This document shows, one piece after another, positions 57,588 to 64,000 of a stretch of DNA of 64,000 nucleotides. The stretch is from positions 1 to 64,000 of the forward strand of contig JBDRQF010000037.1 in NCBI GenBank assembly GCA_043826435.1, written 5' to 3'. The position numbers and the translations under genes are program-made. The DNA comes from Elusimicrobiota bacterium. Lineage in GTDB: Bacteria; Elusimicrobiota; Endomicrobiia; CG1-02-37-114; JAHJSO01. Under the pieces are notes generated by a model. The model searched no databases. It was not told the origin of the DNA and saw only the letters and a list, made by a program, of their open reading frames with translations. The number at the start of each line of letters is the position of its first letter. Position 1 is the stretch's first letter.

Positions 57588-58670
57588 ATGAATATTAAAG
57601 TAAGAATCCCGACGCCGTTACAGAAAATTACAAAGAATCAGACAGATATTGTTTCTGACGGACAGGATGTCAGGGAACTTATAGAAAACCTTGACAGGGA
57701 ATATCCGGGGCTGAAGGAGAGAGTCTGCGACGAGAAGGGCGATATCAGGCGGTTCATAAACATATTCGTCAACGGACAGGACATCAGGTTTCTGGAAGGG
57801 GACGGGACAAAACTTAAAGAAGGGGACGAGGTTTCCGTAATTCCGGCAATTGCTGGCGGTGTTGATTTAAGTGAAGATCAAATAGAAAGGTATTCAAGAC
57901 AGATAATACTCCCTGAAATCGGAGGTAGGGGCCAGGAAAAACTGTTGAAGGCGAAGGCGCTTGTTATCGGATGCGGCGGGCTCGGCTCACCTGCGGCATA
58001 TTACCTGGCCGGCGCTGGCGTGGGTACTATCGGGCTGGTTGACAGCGACAGGGTTGAATTAAACAACCTGCAGAGACAGATACTCCATTTCACGCGGGAT
58101 GTGGGACAACCGAAAGTTGAATCTGCAAAGGAAAAACTGTCAGCACTGAACCCGGACGTGCAGGTTAACACGTATCCGCTTCGTCTCACATCAAAAAATA
58201 TTCTTGACATTATTGCGCAATACGACATTATCATTGATGGTAGCGACAACTTCCCGACCCGTTATCTTGTGAACGATGCGTGTGTTTTTTCAAACAAACC
58301 TCTTGTCCATGCGGGTATATTGAAGTTTGACGGCCAGGCGACCACAATAATCCCGAACGAAGGGCCCTGTTACAGGTGCCTGTTCCCGGAGCCACCGCCG
58401 CCGGGCATGGTGCCGTCTTGCCAGGAGGCGGGAATCATCGGCGTGGTGGCGGGCATGTTGGGTATCGTCCAGGCGACTGAGGCGCTGAAATTTATACTTG
58501 GCGCAGGGGAGCTCCTTGTCGGTAAACTCCTTATATGTAACGCCCTGGAAATGAACTTCAGGAAACTTAACTTCCAGCGGAATCCCGGCTGCGTCGTCTG
58601 CGGGGATAAGCCGTCAATAAAGGAGTTGACTGATTACGAACAGTTCTGTGGCGTCAGGCCGCAAGGGTAA
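57588..58670 (+). CDS. moeB: MoaD/CysO-like ubiquitin-fold carrier fused to a MoeB/ThiF E1-like adenylyltransferase
   Basis: V.IPTPL...IPAIAGG followed directly by RYSRQ, GCGGLG, NLQRQ, DGSDNF, CYRC, C..CG. Confidence 0.9.
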   Translation: MNIKVRIPTPLQKITKNQTDIVSDGQDVRELIENLDREYPGLKERVCDEKGDIRRFINIFVNGQDIRFLEGDGTKLKEGDEVSVIPAIAGGVDLSEDQIERYSRQIILPEIGGRGQEKLLKAKALVIGCGGLGSPAAYYLAGAGVGTIGLVDSDRVELNNLQRQILHFTRDVGQPKVESAKEKLSALNPDVQVNTYPLRLTSKNILDIIAQYDIIIDGSDNFPTRYLVNDACVFSNKPLVHAGILKFDGQATTIIPNEGPCYRCLFPEPPPPGMVPSCQEAGIIGVVAGMLGIVQATEALKFILGAGELLVGKLLICNALEMNFRKLNFQRNPGCVVCGDKPSIKELTDYEQFCGVRPQG

Positions 58671-58671
58671 C

Positions 58672-58836
58672 TAATGCAGTGTCCCATAAATCTCTTGACA
58701 TTTGAATACCCATTGGATTGTCATTGCGAGGGACGAAGTCCCGAAGCAATCCCCTTGTCTTATGAGATTGCTTCGTCGCTGACGCTCCTCGCAATGACAA
58801 CCATGATTGTAGAGATCTGTTAGGGACGCTACACTA
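58672..58836. mobile_element. MITE-like element with imperfect terminal inverted repeats enclosing a REP-like palindrome (58720..58798)
   Basis: Left end TAATGCAGTGTCCC-ATAAATCTC versus reverse complement of right end TAGTGTAGCGTCCCTAACAGATCTC. Confidence 0.6.
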
Positions 58837-58846
58837 AGGAGACAAT

Positions 58847-59086
58847 ATGGCGAAAAAAATCGTTAAACTTATTTTTCCGCAGCGTCTGATTAAAGAACCG
58901 CTGACTTTTAAAATGGCAAAAAAATTTAACGTTATTCCGAACATCCGTCGGGCAAGGGTAACTGATACAATCGGAGAATTAGTCCTTGAACTGGACGGCG
59001 AAGAAAAGAACGTAGCCATGGGTATTGACTATCTTGTGAAAGCAGGGGTGGACGTCAGGCCTGTTGAAGGCGATATCCTGGATTAA
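58847..59086 (+). CDS. Stand-alone NIL-domain protein
   Basis: L.FP..LIKEP......KF....NIRRA.V....GE.VLEL.G. Confidence 0.8.
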   Translation: MAKKIVKLIFPQRLIKEPLTFKMAKKFNVIPNIRRARVTDTIGELVLELDGEEKNVAMGIDYLVKAGVDVRPVEGDILD

Positions 59087-59095
59087 CATATTGAT

Positions 59096-59701
59096 ATGAT
59101 ATCAGAAGATGAAGATATAAAATGTATGCTTGCGTTCAGAGCGGGGGGTGATATCTGCTTTGAAAAAATACTTAAGAAATATGAAAAGCCATTGATTAAC
59201 TTCGTCTATCGTTTTATAGGCAATAAGACAGAAGCAGAAGATATAGCACAAGAAGTTTTTTTGAGGGTCTATAAATCAAAGAATAAATATGAACCCCGGG
59301 CAAAATTTTCTACCTGGTTATATAGAATTGCCGCTAATATATGTATTGATTATAGAAGGAAACCTGCTAATAAACTCCATGCAAGCACGGATTCGCTGGA
59401 TAAACCGATTGTTAGAGACGAAAATGAAATAACGAGTGAAATCGCGGACGCTTCTAAAAACCTCCAGGAGAACATACTGGAACAAAAACTGATAAATGAG
59501 ACCATTATGTCTGCTTTGATTTTACTGCCTACGAACCAGCGTATTGCTTTAACTCTTTGTGTGTATGAAAATAAATCGTATCGGGAAATATCGGAAATTC
59601 TCGGCTGTTCCGTTTCCTCGGTTGAATCGCTTCTATTTCGTTCCCGCCAGACCTTAAGAAAAAACTGGCTGTTCTATAAAAAAAATGATAAAAGCGTGTG
59701 A
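59096..59701 (+). CDS. ECF sigma factor
   Basis: AEDIAQEVFL, FSTWLYRIA.N, SY.EI..IL..S.SSVESLLFR. Confidence 0.92.
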   Translation: MISEDEDIKCMLAFRAGGDICFEKILKKYEKPLINFVYRFIGNKTEAEDIAQEVFLRVYKSKNKYEPRAKFSTWLYRIAANICIDYRRKPANKLHASTDSLDKPIVRDENEITSEIADASKNLQENILEQKLINETIMSALILLPTNQRIALTLCVYENKSYREISEILGCSVSSVESLLFRSRQTLRKNWLFYKKNDKSV

Positions 59702-59791
59702 TATAATTAGAGAAGCGCTATTTGAACAACTATCAGAAAACAATTTATTGTTAAAGAAGTATAGGTGATAACCCATTCCGGGAGGTGCAGA

Positions 59792-60112
59792 ATGAAATTA
59801 GGTATAATTATTCATTCCAGTGATGCAGAAACAACATGGAACGCATTCCGTCTTGCCAACCTGTCATTGACAGAGAAAGATGAAGTTAAAATTTTTCTTC
59901 TGGCCAAAGGCGTAGAATATGAAAATTTGTCAAATGAAAAGTTTAATATCTTTAAACTTGCACAGGATTTTGTCAATAACAACGGTAAAATTCTGGCTTG
60001 TGGAACCTGTCTCAAACTAAGACAAAAAGAAGGCACAGAACTATGCCCGCTATCCAGTTTAAAAGATTTATATAAACTTGTTGAAGAATGCGACAAAGTT
60101 TTGACATTTTAA
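59792..60112 (+). CDS. DsrE/DsrF-family protein
   Basis: E..WNAFR, FL...GVE, ACGTCL..R, CP.S...DL. Confidence 0.85.
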   Translation: MKLGIIIHSSDAETTWNAFRLANLSLTEKDEVKIFLLAKGVEYENLSNEKFNIFKLAQDFVNNNGKILACGTCLKLRQKEGTELCPLSSLKDLYKLVEECDKVLTF

Positions 60113-60218
60113 TTTGTTATGTTTTCATGTTTGAGCCACCGCAAGTTTTTGGTAGATTCCTCGTTTAGTATAGTGAAAGGGTTCGCTGTTAGATGAATAA
60201 GGAACACAGGACTAAAAC

Positions 60219-60749
60219 ATGAAATGTAAAAAGGTAAAGAGAAAACTTTATGCATATATTGATAATGAACTAACCGACACTGAAAAACAATTTATTTTTG
60301 AACATTTGAATAAATGCGAAGATTGTAAAAAAGGACTTGACGAACTCTTACTACAGAATCAGTTTCTTAAAAAACTTGAAGCGATTGAACCATCTGTGAA
60401 TTTCAGAGCAAAATTCTGGCAGAGAGTTGAATCTGTTCAGGAAGAAAAACAGGGGGTTAAAATATCTTTGCTCAGGTGGGTTCCTGTTCCTGTTTTTTGT
60501 TCTGTGGTTGTGATTTTGTTTTTGACTTTTTTGGTATTATCGCCTGTGTTGTATGGTATTTCTGATGTTGAAACAAACAGAAAAATTTCTGCTCTTGCCC
60601 AAAGAACATTTATTGTACAGTTACAGCAGACGGGTTTCGCGCCCTTGAATTTTATAAATTTTTGTGAAGAATATTGCCGGATACTGCATGGACACTGTCA
60701 GAGAAAAACAGGTTCAACAAAATGTATCTGCGGGAGATGTGAAATATGA
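60219..60749 (+). CDS. zf-HC2 anti-sigma factor
   Basis: C.......AYID.EL.......EHL..C..C followed by a TM helix. Confidence 0.85.
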   Translation: MKCKKVKRKLYAYIDNELTDTEKQFIFEHLNKCEDCKKGLDELLLQNQFLKKLEAIEPSVNFRAKFWQRVESVQEEKQGVKISLLRWVPVPVFCSVVVILFLTFLVLSPVLYGISDVETNRKISALAQRTFIVQLQQTGFAPLNFINFCEEYCRILHGHCQRKTGSTKCICGRCEI

Positions 60750-61012
60750 AGATAATATCAAAGTTAGCGGTTGCAAGTTTTGTTTTGAGTTTGGTTTCAT
60801 TTATTCAGTTGTTTGGCATTGAGAAGGCGATTTTGTCAATTATTCTCGGAGTATTTGCATTAAAAGAAATTCTTAACAGCCAGGAAGAATTAAAAGGGAA
60901 AAACTATGCTTATGCGGGTATAATATTTGGTTCGTTATACATTTTGGTTCTGCTTGTATTTGTAATTCTAAAAGGGCCGGAAATATTTAAGTTGCTCAGT
61001 CATCTGCGTTAA
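60746..61012 (+). CDS. Small membrane protein (DUF4190-like)
   Basis: S.LAVAS.VL, LG..AL..I......G...A.AGI..G. Confidence 0.7.
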   Translation: MKIISKLAVASFVLSLVSFIQLFGIEKAILSIILGVFALKEILNSQEELKGKNYAYAGIIFGSLYILVLLVFVILKGPEIFKLLSHLR

Positions 61013-61022
61013 AATAGAGACA

Positions 61023-62243
61023 ATGAAACTTAAAATAATTTTTACGCTGAATCTTTTGCTGATTTTAATGTTGTCTCTCCCGGGAACTGCGGGCTGCGAA
61101 GAGTCCGTTACCCTTGATGCCCTCCTCAAACGCGCAAGGGAGAACAACCCTGAAATCAAATCCGCATACCACAACTACACATCAAGAAAAAACAACATTA
61201 CGGCAGCGAGGTCGTGGGAATACCCCCAGTTCGGTTATGAAAATACCAGGTGGACGGATAAAACCGAGGACATGTTTTCCGTATCCCAGATGTTTTCTTT
61301 CCCTGGAAAACTTTCGCTTAAAGGCAGGGTTGCGGAAAGTTACGCAGGTATCGCCGAACAGGAACTCAATTCAAAAATCATCCGGGTAGCGTCTATGATC
61401 AAAAGAAATTTCTGGGAATATTGGTTGATAGACAAAACAATAGAGGTTTATCAGGAAAACATTGAATTGATGAACAGGTTTTTGAGCATAGCCAAGAGCC
61501 GGTATGCCACCGGCATAGTCACTCAAGCGGACGTTCTCAAGGCGAACACCGAACTTGCCAAAATGGAGAGTATGCTTGTTGAAATTGAGCAGGAAAGGGA
61601 CTCAATCCAGTCGGAGCTGAATGCGCTTGTTAACGACAGGCCCGATACCCCGCTTGGCAAACCCGTCCGGCCCGTGAGCCCGGACCTAAAATATAAATAC
61701 GGGGAACTGGAGAATATTGCGCTGAAAAACAACCAGTTGATTAAATCCAGGGAATTTTCATACCAGAGAAGCATTTACGGACTGGACTTGGCGCGACGTG
61801 AATGGTTCCCCGACATAATGGGCAGCGTGAAGTCGGGCAGTATGTCAAACACTTACATGGCAGGGGTTTCACTGCCGCTGTATTTCTGGAAGCAGGGGTC
61901 AATTGTCCGGACGATGAAAAGCGAAAAGGAAGCGGGCGAGTGGGAATTGGCAGCGGCTAAGGTTGACGTCCTGAGAGACATCAGGGACCTCTATACAAAA
62001 TACAATGCCCGGCAGAAATCCGTCGGTATTTACGAAGCGGCCGTTATACCGCTGGCGAAACAAACACTGGAAATTACTGAATCCAGCTACCGCACGGGGA
62101 AAAACAATTTTCTTGATTTGCTTGACAGTCAGAAGAGATACCTTGAATATAATCTTGAATATTACCGTCTGGTTGCGGAAGAGGGTATTGCCCTGTCGGA
62201 CCTGGAACGGGTTGCGGGCGTGGAATTGGGAAAGCCGGAATAG
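61023..62243 (+). CDS. TolC/CusC-family outer-membrane efflux protein
   Basis: Signal peptide, NP.I, PFPGK-like motif, Y..G......LLD.Q. Confidence 0.88.
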   Translation: MKLKIIFTLNLLLILMLSLPGTAGCEESVTLDALLKRARENNPEIKSAYHNYTSRKNNITAARSWEYPQFGYENTRWTDKTEDMFSVSQMFSFPGKLSLKGRVAESYAGIAEQELNSKIIRVASMIKRNFWEYWLIDKTIEVYQENIELMNRFLSIAKSRYATGIVTQADVLKANTELAKMESMLVEIEQERDSIQSELNALVNDRPDTPLGKPVRPVSPDLKYKYGELENIALKNNQLIKSREFSYQRSIYGLDLARREWFPDIMGSVKSGSMSNTYMAGVSLPLYFWKQGSIVRTMKSEKEAGEWELAAAKVDVLRDIRDLYTKYNARQKSVGIYEAAVIPLAKQTLEITESSYRTGKNNFLDLLDSQKRYLEYNLEYYRLVAEEGIALSDLERVAGVELGKPE

Positions 62244-62299
62244 ACGGGACAACCGCAACAGAGCCGTTCTGTTTGTCCTATCAAGGAGAAGAGGAAAAA

Positions 62300-63577
62300 A
62301 TGAAAATGAAAATGAAATACTTTCTGATTGTGACGGCGGTTGCGCTATCGCCGCTATTTTTTGCCTCCTGCGGCAAAAAGGAGAAGTTAAACATCCGCAT
62401 GGTCAGGACTGATGAAATCGGCATTGAATCTGTTTGTCCGGTGACAAAGAATAAATTTACGGTCACGGGCGATACAAAGGCGGTTGACTACAAGGGTAAG
62501 GCGTATTATTTTTGTTGTCCCGGATGTGACAGCCGGTTTGTAAATGAACCAGGGGAATACGTAACATCTGGCGAAGACAGGAGCCCGGCGGGACCAAAAG
62601 TAACGAAAGATGCAGGAGACGAAATTAACTACTGGACGTGTTCAATGCATCCTCAGGTCAGGGCGGACAAGCCGGGTAAGTGTCCCATATGCGCCATGGA
62701 ACTTATACCCGTATATAAGGGTGATGAGGGAATGATTTCCGTTGACGACCAAAAGAAAAAGACCCTGGGCATAAAGAGCCGGCCGGCGGAAAAAATGCAT
62801 CTCATAAAAATGATCCGGTTAGCCGCCAGCGTCTCTTACGACAACGAACTGTATCTCGCGCAGCAGGAATACCTGTCAGGTTTTAAGAACTGGCAAAAGG
62901 TCAGGGATGAGGAATCCGCGCAAAAAGCCCGGGTAAAAGACACGATGGATGCAGCGAAATTCCGTCTTAACCTGTTGGGATATACCGACGGGGATATAAT
63001 TAAATTAGGCGGCATGGACGGGGCGGATAAAAATTTAATCTATCCCGGTAAAAATGTTTGGCTCCTGGCGGAGGTTTACGAGCAGGACCTTAATGTGGTA
63101 ATGCCAGGACAAAAGGTTAATGTAATAACATCTGCGTATCCGTCAAAGAATTTTCCGGGTGTCGTAAGGTTCGTTGAACCGTCCCTGAACCCGCAGACGC
63201 GCTCTGCAAGAGCGAGGGTTGAGGTTGAAAACTCCGATAACCTGCTTAAACTTGAAATGTACGCCGTCGTTGAAATAAAACTGGCATTGGGCAGTCACCT
63301 TGCCATTCCCGAGAATGCGCTTATAGACACCGGCGTCCGCAAAATCGTTTACCTTGATTTACAAAAAGGCAGTTATAAAATGCAGGAAATCATAACGGGT
63401 TTTTCCGCAGAGGGTTTTGTACAGGTGCTCGGAGGACTGAAGCCGGGAGACATGGTCGTGACGGACGGCAACTTCCTGATTGATTCGCAATCAACCCTGA
63501 CAGGCGGCCAGTCGATCCTGTACGGCGGGGCGGAAGAAGTAAAAGAAAAACCAGAAAAGGTTAAACATAAACATTGA
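62300..63577 (+). CDS. CusB-like RND periplasmic adaptor with YHS and heavy-metal-binding domains
   Basis: CPV...YKGK.YYFCC..C; WTCSMHPQ.....PGKCPIC.M.L; G.FLIDS.S. Confidence 0.88.
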   Translation: MKMKMKYFLIVTAVALSPLFFASCGKKEKLNIRMVRTDEIGIESVCPVTKNKFTVTGDTKAVDYKGKAYYFCCPGCDSRFVNEPGEYVTSGEDRSPAGPKVTKDAGDEINYWTCSMHPQVRADKPGKCPICAMELIPVYKGDEGMISVDDQKKKTLGIKSRPAEKMHLIKMIRLAASVSYDNELYLAQQEYLSGFKNWQKVRDEESAQKARVKDTMDAAKFRLNLLGYTDGDIIKLGGMDGADKNLIYPGKNVWLLAEVYEQDLNVVMPGQKVNVITSAYPSKNFPGVVRFVEPSLNPQTRSARARVEVENSDNLLKLEMYAVVEIKLALGSHLAIPENALIDTGVRKIVYLDLQKGSYKMQEIITGFSAEGFVQVLGGLKPGDMVVTDGNFLIDSQSTLTGGQSILYGGAEEVKEKPEKVKHKH

Positions 63578-63596
63578 GGGGGGGGGGAATTAAAAA

Positions 63597-64000
63597 ATGA
63601 GAAAGGTTATTGTAATGATGTGTTGTTTGGTGCTAACGGGTTTCTTTGCTGATAGGATTATGGGGCAACAGCGTGAAGGACTTGAACACTCCCCGCCAGC
63701 CGCGGCCAGCCCCGAGATTTTACCCGATGTTAGATCCGAGAATATTGGGAGACAATATCAAGAAATGGGAGAAGCGCCAATGACCTATTTTGAGAAAACA
63801 GTTTACACATGTCCTATGCATCCTGAAATCACAAGTGAAAAATCTGGCAAGTGTCCGAAGTGCAAAATGAAACTTGAAAAGAATATGTCGCTGATGACAT
63901 ATGCCTGTTCAGAAAAAGATTGTAACCATCAGAGTGCAAAAACAGGGATGTGTCCTAAACATAAAAAGGATTTAGTAAAATCCGAAGTAAAATTCCATTG
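63597..64000 (+). CDS. Exported heavy-metal-binding-domain protein (runs off the window; not in the ORF track)
   Basis: ATG at 63597, signal peptide, YTCPMHPEI.S...GKCPKCKM.L. Confidence 0.8.
   Translation, partial: MRKVIVMMCCLVLTGFFADRIMGQQREGLEHSPPAAASPEILPDVRSENIGRQYQEMGEAPMTYFEKTVYTCPMHPEITSEKSGKCPKCKMKLEKNMSLMTYACSEKDCNHQSAKTGMCPKHKKDLVKSEVKFH

Noticed and set aside
63578..63587. G homopolymer as a phase-variation tract
   Set aside because: It is intergenic, overlaps the RBS region, and there is no evidence of length variation without reads
1..64000. The many minus-strand and alternate-frame ORFs in the track (for example 17080..18261, 44119..44988, 28113..28889)
   Set aside because: They are shadows of well-supported + strand genes and carry no recognisable motifs
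1..64000. CRISPR array or cas genes
   Set aside because: No regularly spaced repeat-spacer array was seen; the repeats found are dispersed palindromes

Overview
Bacterial chromosomal segment of about 45-50% GC (visual estimate), with essentially all genes on the + strand. The PorV/PorQ-family and FlgD-like sorting-domain genes plus outer-membrane barrels point to a diderm anaerobe, possibly Elusimicrobiota-like (inference). In order, the window holds: (1) a 12-gene nucleoside/nucleotide turnover cluster with pdp, mtnP, PfkB kinase, add, DHH phosphoesterase, a Clp1-type polynucleotide kinase, a dGTPase-like HD protein and a duplicated TIM-barrel + P-loop kinase module; (2) an S8 protease split by one in-frame TAA, a PorV-like protein, two diguanylate cyclases, a PASTA protein and a sugar ABC ATPase; (3) tRNA-Ala(GGC), dnaX, recR, and tRNA-Asn(GTT) interrupted in the anticodon by a 578-nt group I intron that encodes an HNH endonuclease; (4) a U32 protein and late cobamide genes; (5) an ECF sigma / CBM48 anti-sigma / outer-membrane protein locus; (6) a 19-kb Rrf2-led sulfur assimilation, Fe-S and oxidative-stress cluster with two ubiquitin-like sulfur carriers whose Gly-Gly ends are masked, a JAMM protease and an E1-like enzyme; (7) the start of a heavy-metal RND efflux locus. 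Several families of small palindromic repeats are dispersed through the window, some next to duplicated tRNA 5' ends and some inside reading frames. All calls come from reading motifs by eye; no database search or folding program was run.
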